A DNA stretch of 64,000 nucleotides from a virus, in the IMG/VR virus record IMGVR_UViG_3300022751_000016, positions 64,001 through 128,000 of that record; one strand, 5' to 3'. Below, piece after piece: positions 1 through 9,449 of the stretch; position 1 is the stretch's first letter, and the number at the start of each line of letters is the position of its first letter. Made by a program: the position numbers and the translations under genes. The notes under the pieces are model-generated. The model made no database searches. It saw only the letters and a list, made by a program, of their open reading frames with translations, and had not been told where the DNA came from.

Positions 1-17
1 AATGCGTGCAAGCCGAT

Positions 18-240
18 GTTAGCAGTAGTCTTTTTGTAAATACAGGAACATCAATGAAATTTATAACGCCTTTGGAAATGAGGTGGAAGCCAAAAGAAGA
101 TATAACAACTTACGAACTAACGAAATGCCTACCTTACTTAATTCGATATAGTTCAGTTATGCCTTATGAAATTGATAAATCTGAAAATCATTTTCGTCAT
201 TTTGAGATTATAGACCATAATAGGTAATATTACTGCTAAC
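18..240 (+). mobile_element. Integron-cassette-like unit bounded by inverted core sites GTTAGCAGTA (18-27) and TACTGCTAAC (231-240)
   Basis: Perfect 10-bp inverted repeat resembling integron GTT/AAC core and inverse-core sites, tightly flanking one ORF, 51 nt upstream of a tyrosine recombinase. Confidence 0.55.
54..227 (+). CDS. Hypothetical cassette-borne protein (ATG at 54 preferred over GTG at 6)
   Basis: ORF track; ATG lies inside the inverted core sites. Confidence 0.55.
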   Translation: MKFITPLEMRWKPKEDITTYELTKCLPYLIRYSSVMPYEIDKSENHFRHFEIIDHNR

Positions 241-291
241 TATTATTTGTACAAATCATGTGTAAACACTAATAAACTTAATACTTAACAA

Positions 292-1095
292 ATGGAAATT
301 CCTAAGCACCTTGAATTGTATCGGAGAGAATTAGTTTTAAAAAACTACTCTGAAAACACTATAAAAAATTATGTCTCGCAGGTTGATTTATTTTTAAGAT
401 ATTATAATAAAGCATTTACCGAACCTTCAAAAATAAACGAAGCATCTATTAAAGATTGGCTACTACAGTTTAAAACAAGAAACTCAATGTGTCACAGTAT
501 CTCGGCTTTAAAATTGTTTTATAAATTAGTAATAAAACAGCCAATGAAATTCAAATACATTGAGTATCCACGTTCTGAAAAGAAATTACCTAAGATTATT
601 GAAAAAGAATTTTTATTAGAGCAGTTGGATAAAATAATCAATAGTAAACACAAAGCACTTCTTACTTTAACTTATTCTACAGGTATGAGAGTTTCAGAAG
701 TAATTAATCTTTTGATTTCTGATATAGATAGTAAAAGAATGATTATTACAATTCGACAAAGTAAAGGAAGAAAAGACAGAATAGTTCCTCTTAGTCAAAA
801 AGTGTTAGAATTACTTCGTGTTTATTTTATGGAATACAAGCCTAAGGAATACTTATTCAATGGGCAGTTTTCTAATCAATATAGTGAAACGAGCTGCAAT
901 CAATTGGTTAAAAAATATATTGGAAAAGAATATCACATGCACTTACTTCGACATTCAAACGCAACGGCATTGCTAGAGGCAGGAACTGACCTCAGATATA
1001 TTCAAAAACATTTAGGACACAGTTCAAGTAAAACAACTGAAATATATTGTCATGTATCTACTGCAATGTTATCAAAATTAAATCTGCCAATATGA
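292..1095 (+). CDS. Tyrosine recombinase, integron-integrase-like (SAM-like N-terminus + phage integrase domain)
   Basis: YSENTIKNY N-terminal motif; catalytic R (TGMRVSE), K (KGRKDR), HLLRH, LGH, Y (TTEIY). Confidence 0.93.
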   Translation: MEIPKHLELYRRELVLKNYSENTIKNYVSQVDLFLRYYNKAFTEPSKINEASIKDWLLQFKTRNSMCHSISALKLFYKLVIKQPMKFKYIEYPRSEKKLPKIIEKEFLLEQLDKIINSKHKALLTLTYSTGMRVSEVINLLISDIDSKRMIITIRQSKGRKDRIVPLSQKVLELLRVYFMEYKPKEYLFNGQFSNQYSETSCNQLVKKYIGKEYHMHLLRHSNATALLEAGTDLRYIQKHLGHSSSKTTEIYCHVSTAMLSKLNLPI

Positions 1096-1118
1096 ATACT
1101 GTTTTTTCGCGAAATTAG

Positions 1119-1150
1119 TTAGGAAAATTAAAATTTTCTTTTTACATTTG
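1119..1150 (+). promoter_or_regulatory. Bacteroidota-type promoter (-33 TTAG, -7 TACATTTG)
   Basis: TAnnTTTG at 1143-1150, 20-nt spacer, upstream of ORF 1168. Confidence 0.7.
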
Positions 1151-1167
1151 TCAAACAAAAATAAGAT

Positions 1168-1413
1168 ATGAACATTACAGCATCAATTGCCAGTAAAATC
1201 GGCGGGAAAGAAGAAGAAATAATCAATAAAAACACAGAAATTCAGTTTTACGTTAATGATAACATAAATATGTATCAATGGAGAGACAGTAGATTCGATT
1301 GGAGTAGTAATGTATGGGAAAATAAACAATGTCAAACAAGAGAAGAATTAATTGAAGCATTTAAAGAACATTTAAAATCAACAGTATTCACAGTTAAGAA
1401 ATATAAACTATAA
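1168..1413 (+). CDS. Hypothetical protein
   Basis: ORF directly behind promoter. Confidence 0.75.
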   Translation: MNITASIASKIGGKEEEIINKNTEIQFYVNDNINMYQWRDSRFDWSSNVWENKQCQTREELIEAFKEHLKSTVFTVKKYKL

Positions 1414-1416
1414 TTT

Positions 1417-1623
1417 ATGAAAACACATACGATAGATTTAGAAGGATTAAGAGAGTGGCAACAAGAAGAAAAAGTAATTTTTGCAAGTAGTACAAAAGAA
1501 AACAAACAACTTTACTGTACCCTAAGAGGGAGTTATGAAGTTTGGCATGATAAAGAGAAGGTTTTAGAAACAATGCAACCGTTTACAGCAGTTGAAAAAT
1601 ATAATTCAATAGAAAAGAAGTAA
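1417..1623 (+). CDS. Hypothetical protein
   Basis: Tightly packed ORF. Confidence 0.75.
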   Translation: MKTHTIDLEGLREWQQEEKVIFASSTKENKQLYCTLRGSYEVWHDKEKVLETMQPFTAVEKYNSIEKK

Positions 1624-1626
1624 CAT

Positions 1627-1968
1627 ATGAAGTTTTTCAATAAAAAGAAATTAGAACCACAGGAAGAATTGTATTTATCAGTTGTTACAAAGATGGTGAA
1701 TCGAGAAGACTGTACAATCGAAGTGAACCCAGACGACCTTAGTTATTTATTGAGTTTAGAAAAGGAAAAATATTATATTTCTGTTGACAGTGTAGGTATT
1801 CAAATATCAAATCATGATTTTTTAATTTTGAGGAGATTTGAAGAAAATGTTTTAAATGCGGCAAAAAAAGTTATAAAAGAAGAGACTGTAAAACGTCGTG
1901 AGGCTAAAAAAGCAGAAATATTTCAAAATGAAGTTACATTGTTAAATAAGATAAAAGACAGTTTATGA
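1627..1968 (+). CDS. Hypothetical protein
   Basis: Tightly packed ORF. Confidence 0.75.
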   Translation: MKFFNKKKLEPQEELYLSVVTKMVNREDCTIEVNPDDLSYLLSLEKEKYYISVDSVGIQISNHDFLILRRFEENVLNAAKKVIKEETVKRREAKKAEIFQNEVTLLNKIKDSL

Positions 1969-2351
1969 GAGAATTATTCATTCCATATGACGAAGCATTA
2001 GCTTTAAAAGAATTAGGATTTGATGAACCTTGTTTATGCTATTATGAAGATGATAAATTAAGGATATTTGAACAGTCTGAGTATGATGAAATTTTAGCAT
2101 ATCGTGAAAGTGATTGTATTAAAGGTATTGCTAATTGTTTTGTACCACTTTACCAACAAGCTTTTAGATTTTTTAGAGAGAAATATAAATTATTTTCATC
2201 TTTTCATTGCCCCGAATATGATATAGATACTTATGAGTATAGGATTTATAAAATAGATAACTCCGAAATAACATCAAAAGAATTTAAAACTTACGAAGAA
2301 GCAGAATTAGCTTGTCTTAGAAAATTAATATTTAAAATATTTGGAAAATAA
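1965..2351 (+). CDS. Hypothetical protein of a common Bacteroidota-phage family (ALALKELGFDEPC ... TYEEAELACL)
   Basis: ATGA overlap; recognisable motif pattern. Confidence 0.8.
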   Translation: MRELFIPYDEALALKELGFDEPCLCYYEDDKLRIFEQSEYDEILAYRESDCIKGIANCFVPLYQQAFRFFREKYKLFSSFHCPEYDIDTYEYRIYKIDNSEITSKEFKTYEEAELACLRKLIFKIFGK

Positions 2352-2521
2352 TGACTTCCCATATTAATAAAATCGCGCAAAAAACAATAGAAGCAACAAA
2401 TTTAAAATGGAATGAAAAAACCAAAGAAATCTTATTAAAGAACAGAGGAAATTATACTTCAACTTTTTCTCTCGCATGCAAGATAAATAATGAGATAGTT
2501 AGAATACTAGAAAGTAAATAA
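2351..2521 (+). CDS. Small hypothetical protein (56 aa, MTSHINKIAQ...), below ORF-track cutoff
   Basis: Translated by hand; fills the gap exactly with a TAATG overlap. Confidence 0.6.
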   Translation: MTSHINKIAQKTIEATNLKWNEKTKEILLKNRGNYTSTFSLACKINNEIVRILESK

Positions 2522-2522
2522 T

Positions 2523-2798
2523 ATGGAAAAGGAATTTATATTATGTGCAGCATTAGATTATAATGGGACTATTATTTCGGCAGCAAGACATAAAGACTGT
2601 TATAAAATAATAGAAGAGTTATTTTTAAACCATTCAATGTGCGAAAGAAAAGACCAAGGATTTTTAACTAACACTAACAGATATGTTGACAGAAAAGAAG
2701 CTTGGAAAATCGCGAAAGAAAATAATCAAATAAAATACGGATTAGAAGTATCTGACAGAGGAGAAGACTCTGAACTAATAAGTGAAAATTTATATTAA
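2523..2798 (+). CDS. Conserved phage hypothetical protein (ILCAA...RH..C...QGFLT..RYVDRKEA...LISENLY)
   Basis: Recognisable phage family motif. Confidence 0.8.
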   Translation: MEKEFILCAALDYNGTIISAARHKDCYKIIEELFLNHSMCERKDQGFLTNTNRYVDRKEAWKIAKENNQIKYGLEVSDRGEDSELISENLY

Positions 2799-3104
2799 AT
2801 GAAAAAAAGTAAATATGTAGAGAGTTACTTTATAAACGAATACGAATGTGGAATATTCTGTGTAACTTTTAACTTAACAGAAAGATGGATTGGTTATCAT
2901 GCTTATTGTGAGACTCAATATATTTTTGGTGAAGACGTAGAAGACGAAACTCAAGAAGAGTGGGAATCTAGAATTCAAGATATAGAGACGTTTCTACCTA
3001 AAGAGAAAAGCTATTTACCAACTGTTATTCAGAACAAAGACCAAGTACAATTTTACTACCTTCCTTTTGAATTAATTTCTAGAGATAAAAAAGTTAAGAA
3101 ATGA
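2799..3104 (+). CDS. Hypothetical protein
   Basis: Tightly packed ORF. Confidence 0.75.
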   Translation: MKKSKYVESYFINEYECGIFCVTFNLTERWIGYHAYCETQYIFGEDVEDETQEEWESRIQDIETFLPKEKSYLPTVIQNKDQVQFYYLPFELISRDKKVKK

Positions 3105-4096
3105 ACCTAAAAACATTAAAGAAATACGAACAAGATGGTCTAATATACAGCCAAGTCCACCCTAACCTACCATTAACAATTTATAACTACACAGACAAGG
3201 TTCAATGGGAAAATATTTGGGATGAAATAACTTTACAGTGTCGTGGACTTGTAGTTGACGGTAAAGGAGATATTGTAGCAAGACCATTCAAAAAGTTCTT
3301 TAATTTATCTGAAGGTAAGACAAATACAACAGACGATTATATTATTTATGAGAAATTAGATGGAAGCTTAGGAATTCTCTTCTGCTATAATGATGAATGG
3401 ATACTAGCTTCTCGCGGCTCTTTTACTTCTGAACAAGCAATTCGCGGAAAAGAAATATTAGACAAAGAGTGTGATTATAATCTGTTAGATAAAGAAAACA
3501 CATATTGTTTTGAAATAATTTACCCTGAAAATAAAATAGTTTTAGAATACAATGGACTAGAAACCTGTATTTTAACGGGAGTGTTTAATACAGCTACAGG
3601 AGAAGAGCAATCTTTAGATGGATGGGGAATGTCGCCAGTTGAGAGTTATAGCTTTAAAACACCTTTAAATGAGCTTCACAGTATTATAGAAGATAATCAA
3701 GAGGGGTATGTAGTTAGGTTTTCAAACGGCGAAAGAGGTAAAATAAAAGGAGCTGAATATTTAAGACTTCATAAGATGATGTCAGAGATGTCAACTACAG
3801 CAGTTTGGGATTGTCTAAGAAATGGTGATAGTATATTAAATTTGATTAAGGATTTTCCAGATGAGTTTTATAATACGGTCAGAGAATATGAACGATTCTT
3901 AAAAGGTGAATTTGATTATAAAGAAGAGTACATACTAATAACTTACGAAAGATTTAAAAATATAGAAGGTACAAAAGAATTTGCCTTAAGAGTTAAGGAG
4001 CACGTATTTAAACACTACTTCTTTTCTCTAAGAAACGGTAAGGATATTAAAGACCAAATTTGGAGAGCCACTAAACCGAAATATGCGCGACTATGA
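3101..4096 (+). CDS. T4 Rnl1-like RNA ligase
   Basis: CRGL, RPFKKFFN, motif I EKLDGS, FEII, EGYVV, KIKG. Confidence 0.92.
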   Translation: MNLKTLKKYEQDGLIYSQVHPNLPLTIYNYTDKVQWENIWDEITLQCRGLVVDGKGDIVARPFKKFFNLSEGKTNTTDDYIIYEKLDGSLGILFCYNDEWILASRGSFTSEQAIRGKEILDKECDYNLLDKENTYCFEIIYPENKIVLEYNGLETCILTGVFNTATGEEQSLDGWGMSPVESYSFKTPLNELHSIIEDNQEGYVVRFSNGERGKIKGAEYLRLHKMMSEMSTTAVWDCLRNGDSILNLIKDFPDEFYNTVREYERFLKGEFDYKEEYILITYERFKNIEGTKEFALRVKEHVFKHYFFSLRNGKDIKDQIWRATKPKYARL

Positions 4097-4776
4097 ACAT
4101 TAAAATAACAAAAGAACAGCATGATTATCTTTGTGAATACAAATTTAAAGAGTATTTATTTGGTAGTCAATTACACGGTATAGCAACTAAGGATAGTGAT
4201 GAAGACTATATTAGAGTTATCCCTGATACTTTTTATTATAGATTTGATACATTAGCCGTCTATTTACCTAACATCCATTCTTGGCAACATGATTTAAATG
4301 AAAAGATGCAAGTTATTTGGATGACAGAAACTCAATTTTACAGAAATTTGTTTTCAGGTGATGGTAATATGATAGCTGATGTTGTACTATTAAGTGGAGA
4401 ATTTGAAAATCCTTTATTTTTATGTAGAACATACCGCATTATAAAAGGATTTATAGGTGTGGCAAAAAGAGATTTGAAACTTCATGGGAATGACAGAAAG
4501 AAAAAGTTTCATGCAATAAGAAGTATGATGATGGCTGAAAAATTAATGCAAAATATTTTACCTACCATTGAAGACATTCAATTCTATAAACAACATTATG
4601 ACAGTAATCCAGAGCCTTCAAAAGAGCAACTTGAGCACAAGGAACAAGAATTAAGATTTAAGTTGAACGAAATGCTAAATAAAGGAGAAGTATCAATGTA
4701 TCCTAAGTTTAAAGAAGAGAATCCATTGGTTCAAATTATGTGCGATACAAATAATATTACAGAGTTTAAATATTAG
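4093..4776 (+). CDS. Pol-beta superfamily nucleotidyltransferase (RlaP-like)
   Basis: LFGSQLHG...DSDEDY (GS + DxD) motif; adjacent to RNA ligase. Confidence 0.8.
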   Translation: MNIKITKEQHDYLCEYKFKEYLFGSQLHGIATKDSDEDYIRVIPDTFYYRFDTLAVYLPNIHSWQHDLNEKMQVIWMTETQFYRNLFSGDGNMIADVVLLSGEFENPLFLCRTYRIIKGFIGVAKRDLKLHGNDRKKKFHAIRSMMMAEKLMQNILPTIEDIQFYKQHYDSNPEPSKEQLEHKEQELRFKLNEMLNKGEVSMYPKFKEENPLVQIMCDTNNITEFKY

Positions 4777-4779
4777 AAT

Positions 4780-5388
4780 ATGAAAGTAAAAATATTAACA
4801 AGTTATCCTAAACAAACATTCAATGTTGATAATGTATTTTTCAGCAGTGATTTACACGAGGGGCACCAAGCAATGATAGATTTTGGACGTAATTTTAATA
4901 GTCTGGATGAAATGAATCTTCATATTGTTGATGAAATTAATAGAAAGGTAGGAGAAAAAGACTTACTTGTTGTGCTTGGTGATACGATGATGAGTGAAAA
5001 AGATTATAACGGATTTTTAAGGAAGTTAAATTGTAATAGTATTATCATGTTATATGGTAATCACTGTTCGCTTTCTAAAATGTTAAGTATAACCTCTGAT
5101 AAGTTATTATATCAAGGATATTATTTAGAACTTAGTGTTGATGGTCAAATTATTTGTTGTCAACACTATCCATCTTTTAATTGGAATTACCAAGACCAAA
5201 ATTCAATTTCTTTGCATGGACATTTACACGCTGATGAAAGTGATGTAGTAAAAGAAATTCATAAATATAAAAGCATGGATGTGGGAATTGATAATTATTA
5301 TAAAATGTTTAGAGAATATAATGTTTTCTCCTTCGCCGAAATAAAAGAAATATTAAAAGATAAATTAATTATAGGAAGACATGGCTAA
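4780..5388 (+). CDS. Calcineurin-like metallophosphoesterase
   Basis: SDLH-GH, LGD, GNH, HGHLH motifs. Confidence 0.9.
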   Translation: MKVKILTSYPKQTFNVDNVFFSSDLHEGHQAMIDFGRNFNSLDEMNLHIVDEINRKVGEKDLLVVLGDTMMSEKDYNGFLRKLNCNSIIMLYGNHCSLSKMLSITSDKLLYQGYYLELSVDGQIICCQHYPSFNWNYQDQNSISLHGHLHADESDVVKEIHKYKSMDVGIDNYYKMFREYNVFSFAEIKEILKDKLIIGRHG

Positions 5389-5842
5389 AATATTAATATT
5401 AAGTGGGATATCAAATTCAGGTAAGAGTAGCTATGCTTCAAAATTAGTGCAACAACATCCACAAGCCTTTGTAATAGTGAACAGAGATAAATTAAGAGAG
5501 GCTCACTATGGTTATACAGAAGAAACAGTTAAATACTATTACACGCATGTAGACTTTAATTATATGGAGTCTCAAATCACTGCTGTACAAGATAAACTTA
5601 TTGATTTTTGGCTAAAAAGAGGTAAAGATGTAATTATTGATAATACAAATCTTAAAAAATCGTACATAGAAGAGTTTAAAAAATTTGGAGTACTAACAGA
5701 AGTAAAATTCTTTGACATAACTCTAAAAGAAGCTTTAACTAGAAATATGTCAAGAAATAGGAAGGTTGATGAAGAAGTTATTGAAAGACAATATAGTCAA
5801 TATATAAATTTAAGAAAAAATTTCGCGGAAATAGAAAAATAA
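5381..5842 (+). CDS. Polynucleotide kinase (P-loop kinase domain of T4 Pnkp, no phosphatase domain)
   Basis: GISNSGKS, NRDKLR, DNTNL, RNxxR motifs. Confidence 0.88.
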   Translation: MAKILILSGISNSGKSSYASKLVQQHPQAFVIVNRDKLREAHYGYTEETVKYYYTHVDFNYMESQITAVQDKLIDFWLKRGKDVIIDNTNLKKSYIEEFKKFGVLTEVKFFDITLKEALTRNMSRNRKVDEEVIERQYSQYINLRKNFAEIEK

Positions 5843-5869
5843 TCCCTACATTTACAAAAAATATAAGAT

Positions 5870-6637
5870 ATGATATTAGAAAGACCAATAATTTTCTTTG
5901 ATATTGAGTCAACAGGAGTTGAAACAGAGACTGCAAGGATAGTAGAATTAGCTTGTATAAAATACAATCCTGACGGCACAAAAGAAGAGAAAACAATTAA
6001 AGTAAATCCAACTATTCCAATTCCACTTGAAGCAAGTGAGGTTCATGGAATCACAGACGAAGAAGTAAAAGATTTACCTACTTTTAAACAGTATGCTCAA
6101 GCTATTAGAAATTGGTTTGAGGGTTCTGATTTAGCAGGGTTTAATTCAAATAATTATGATGTCCCTCTTCTTTCTGCGGAATTTGAGAGAGCAGGGCTAG
6201 AGGGTATTAATTGGAACCCTACTTTATTTGATGTATTAACTCTTTATAGGGACTTGTTTCCCAATACATTGTCAGCCGTATATGAAAGACTTACAGGAGA
6301 AGAGTTAGAAGGAGCACACGGAGCTGTAGCGGATATATTAGCTACTAAACAGATTGCAGATATAATTTTTCCTTTATTAGTTGAGAAGTCAGAAACTCCA
6401 ATTGAAACGCCTAGAGATGTAGATGAGTATTTGCAGGGTGACAAGAAAAGATTTGACTTAAGTGGTAAGATGTATATAGATGTTGATGGAATTGTAAAAT
6501 GGAATTTTTCTAAGAATAAGGATAAAGCAGTATTAGCTGATGCGGGATTTGTAAATTGGTTTATGCAGCAAGGATTTCCGCAAGAAAGTAAGAATAAGAT
6601 AAAAGAATTACAAAATAATAATAAAAAAGAATCGTAG
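5870..6637 (+). CDS. dnaQ: DnaQ-like DEDDh 3'-5' exonuclease (Pol III epsilon family)
   Basis: FDIESTG, HGIT, FNSNNYD, AHGAVAD. Confidence 0.92.
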   Translation: MILERPIIFFDIESTGVETETARIVELACIKYNPDGTKEEKTIKVNPTIPIPLEASEVHGITDEEVKDLPTFKQYAQAIRNWFEGSDLAGFNSNNYDVPLLSAEFERAGLEGINWNPTLFDVLTLYRDLFPNTLSAVYERLTGEELEGAHGAVADILATKQIADIIFPLLVEKSETPIETPRDVDEYLQGDKKRFDLSGKMYIDVDGIVKWNFSKNKDKAVLADAGFVNWFMQQGFPQESKNKIKELQNNNKKES

Positions 6638-6639
6638 CT

Positions 6640-7584
6640 ATGAACAATATATACTGGAAGTTACAATCTGTAAATCAAACAGATGAATTAGAAATAGAAT
6701 CCAAAGAATACAACCTTTATAGAGAACACTATAAAAAGGATTATGCAACTAGAGAACTAATGTCAATGCAAGAAACTGTAGAACATTACAGAATTAATGC
6801 TTTTAAAAATCCACTATTCTCACGTATATTTTCTCTAACAGTCGCTATTGTAGAAGATGAAATAGTTAAAGTAATATATTACACTGGAAACGAAAAGGAC
6901 TTGATTCAAACATTCTTAAATACACTTAAAAAAGACCGTTTTAAAGACTTTACTGTCACTCACTTTGGTGCAGAGTATGTCCTGCCATATTTAGGCACTA
7001 GAATGGATAAAAATGGTGTTAAAACAACAATTCCTAGTGGACTTCAATATAAGGGATTGCGACCTTGGAACTTGCAAGGATTTTGTGTAAGAGATTATTA
7101 TTCAGGTGCAGGAAATTACAAAAACAATTTAAAAGAATTAGCTTGGATTTATGGACTAGATTCAAATTTTATTGAACCTGTAGATGAATTCACTTATTAT
7201 AAGTCAGGACAATTACAAGAACTTAAAGATTCAGCAGTTGATGAAATATACACTTTGGTGAATGTTCATAGGTCAATGGTGGGCGAAAATATAATTGAAG
7301 AATTTACATGTAATGAATTCTTAGTTGAAAATGTAGAAGAAGTTAAACCTGTGAATTTTCTATCCTTATTGTGGGAATGTCAAGCAATGACTCTAGAAAT
7401 CCGCGCAGGACTAGAAAAACAGTTAAAAAAGAAAAAATTAACTAAGAGAGATAGGGAAATTGTAAGAGAAATTATCTTAGGAGTCTATATTCAAAATGAT
7501 TTCATAAACGGAGCTCAGGATTCAAAAGCTACAATCGAGAAAAAAACAAAAGAAGTGGATAATTTTTTAGCAATAATAAAATAA
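6640..7584 (+). CDS. PolB-type 3'-5' exonuclease-like protein, probably catalytically dead
   Basis: Overall pattern of the family (P.FSRI, EKDLI..F, H.G..Y.LPYL, L..LA..YGL) with acidic catalytic residues replaced. Confidence 0.5.
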   Translation: MNNIYWKLQSVNQTDELEIESKEYNLYREHYKKDYATRELMSMQETVEHYRINAFKNPLFSRIFSLTVAIVEDEIVKVIYYTGNEKDLIQTFLNTLKKDRFKDFTVTHFGAEYVLPYLGTRMDKNGVKTTIPSGLQYKGLRPWNLQGFCVRDYYSGAGNYKNNLKELAWIYGLDSNFIEPVDEFTYYKSGQLQELKDSAVDEIYTLVNVHRSMVGENIIEEFTCNEFLVENVEEVKPVNFLSLLWECQAMTLEIRAGLEKQLKKKKLTKRDREIVREIILGVYIQNDFINGAQDSKATIEKKTKEVDNFLAIIK

Positions 7585-7585
7585 T

Positions 7586-8299
7586 ATGTCAAAATCAAAA
7601 ATAAACTTACCCTCAAAATTAGATAAAAGCAATTGGTTCTATGAAGGAAATGAAGAGTTAATAAATCCACATTTAAATAAATTTTACATATCTTATTCCA
7701 CTGTTTCATCTTGGGAAGACTATAGAACAGATTTCATTAAACAGAAGTTAGCAGGGATTAAATTACCAGATTCTATTTATGGCTCGTTCGGGACATGGGT
7801 GGGGACTAGCTTAGAGCACGGGCAAATTCAAAGTAATAATTATGGATTCACTGGAGGAGAGAATATCAGCTTAATTGAACGTAAAGAAAATGCTCAATAT
7901 GAAAGAATGATTCTTATTGACATGGGAGAATGGTGTATCATAGGATTTATTGACGTATTTGAAGAAATCGCACCAAAAGTTGTAAATTGCAAGGATTTGA
8001 AGACAGGAGGAGCAGGGAAAGAGTCAGGCTATACTAAGAAAGAATATATTCAATTAGTTTTATATGCATATGCCTTAGTGTTAGAAGGATACAGTATAAA
8101 TGAAATTGGAGTTTGGTTTTGTAGAAGAACAGGAAGTCATATTAAACCACCCTTACACTTATCTACAGAACAGTTTTACATACCTTTAGAATACAATGAT
8201 GAAAGAGTTAAATACGCAATAGATAAAGTAACTAGAGTGGTTGGAGAAATTAGTGAGTTTTTCACTTGTTTTGAGAAATATTTCGCGGAAAAGAAATAA
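7586..8299 (+). CDS. PD-(D/E)XK nuclease (Cas4/RecB-like exonuclease)
   Basis: ISYS, FGT, GFID, DLKTG, QLVLY. Confidence 0.85.
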   Translation: MSKSKINLPSKLDKSNWFYEGNEELINPHLNKFYISYSTVSSWEDYRTDFIKQKLAGIKLPDSIYGSFGTWVGTSLEHGQIQSNNYGFTGGENISLIERKENAQYERMILIDMGEWCIIGFIDVFEEIAPKVVNCKDLKTGGAGKESGYTKKEYIQLVLYAYALVLEGYSINEIGVWFCRRTGSHIKPPLHLSTEQFYIPLEYNDERVKYAIDKVTRVVGEISEFFTCFEKYFAEKK

Positions 8300-8434
8300 A
8301 AACAGAAAAAATGAAAGGAATTAAAATAACATACACAACAGATAGAGACTCTTGGACAGATGATGATAAGATTAAAACCTAAGATAGATTATCAAGAGGA
8401 AACACGTAACTGGCGGTGGTTTAATGTAGTTACT

Positions 8435-8465
8435 AAAGGAGAGGCGTAAAAAGTCTCTCTTTTTT
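8435..8465 (+). terminator. Intrinsic terminator
   Basis: GAGAGGC/GTCTCTC hairpin followed by T-run. Confidence 0.7.
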
Positions 8466-8499
8466 GTTTAAAATATTTTTTTATTCGGAAAATTATACT

Positions 8500-8507
8500 T
8501 ATATTTG
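8500..8507 (+). promoter_or_regulatory. -7 promoter element TATATTTG
   Basis: Consensus match between terminator and ORF 8534. Confidence 0.65.
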
Positions 8508-8533
8508 TCAAATAAATATTAAAACTAAAAATT

Positions 8534-9445
8534 ATGATATCATTATTCAAAAAACAAAAATCGGAAAAAGAAATTATAGAAGAAATTCATAATGAGTTCG
8601 ATACAGCACCTGACAGAATACTACAACAGGCTTTAAGAATTATTGAAGAGCAAACAAATGCTAAGATTGTTTTAGAAAGCGGTATAGAAAATAAAGCCGA
8701 AAGATTAAAGAAAATAGGTTTCATTAAGAATGGATTAGTTGCTAAAAAAGTAGAAATTGCAGAAAGAAATACAGCTAAAGATGAAGTGATTAATCTCACA
8801 AATAAAGAAGCTGAACTAGTTAAGTATTATAAAGATAATTATCCTTTCATTAAAACATTACCTATTTCTGAGTTAGATAGAATATGCGATAAATACGGAT
8901 TAATTTATGCTCCTGTACAAAATTATAAAATGCCAGTACCAGATAAAAACTTAGTAGAGATTGAAGATTCTCAAAGCTTAAAAAACTATGACAATTACGA
9001 AGGAGAAACTATACTAAGAGTCCCTCAAAATCAACAATGGAGGCATGATTTTCCTAGTGGTTTAGGTAGTATTTTGCACAAAGGTTTTGTCGTACCTAAT
9101 TCAGAAGTAGACACAAATTTTATAAGTGATGAGAGGATATTAACTCTAGCTAAAAAGTATGGAAATTATACAGGAAGTTATACAGGGTATCTTACCAAAC
9201 CCTACGGAGATGCCGAGATAAGTAAATTTAATAAAGAAGGTTTATTTATAGCTGCTCCTAAAAAACATTTTGATTTAAGTGGCTTAGAACATGATAAAAA
9301 GAGAGGATTTTTCACAATTACAAAAACAGTTGTTAAGTCTGACCCAATTGTATTCAGATACGTTAAGGGAAACATGGTTCAAGTTTTAACTAAATGGGGA
9401 TTAGAAGCAAACGATCCAGCGCTAGTCATAGAAATTTTAAATTAA
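8534..9445 (+). CDS. Conserved Bacteroidota-phage hypothetical protein (C-terminal DPIV...KWG.EA.DP)
   Basis: Long ORF behind promoter; family-like C-terminal motif. Confidence 0.85.
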   Translation: MISLFKKQKSEKEIIEEIHNEFDTAPDRILQQALRIIEEQTNAKIVLESGIENKAERLKKIGFIKNGLVAKKVEIAERNTAKDEVINLTNKEAELVKYYKDNYPFIKTLPISELDRICDKYGLIYAPVQNYKMPVPDKNLVEIEDSQSLKNYDNYEGETILRVPQNQQWRHDFPSGLGSILHKGFVVPNSEVDTNFISDERILTLAKKYGNYTGSYTGYLTKPYGDAEISKFNKEGLFIAAPKKHFDLSGLEHDKKRGFFTITKTVVKSDPIVFRYVKGNMVQVLTKWGLEANDPALVIEILN

Positions 9446-9449
9446 ATAT

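Noticed and set aside
292-1095. Prophage integrase implying lysogeny
   Set aside because: Short, no arm-binding domain, no adjacent repressor or excisionase, and no host genes in the window; cassette recombinase or resolvase is more likely.
7586-8299. CRISPR adaptation Cas4
   Set aside because: No Fe-S cysteine set, cas1/cas2 or array; a generic phage PD-(D/E)XK nuclease.
8311-8449. Programmed frameshift joining two mini-ORFs (MKGIKITY... and MMIRLKPK...)
   Set aside because: No slippery heptamer or stimulatory structure seen; more likely a decayed small gene.
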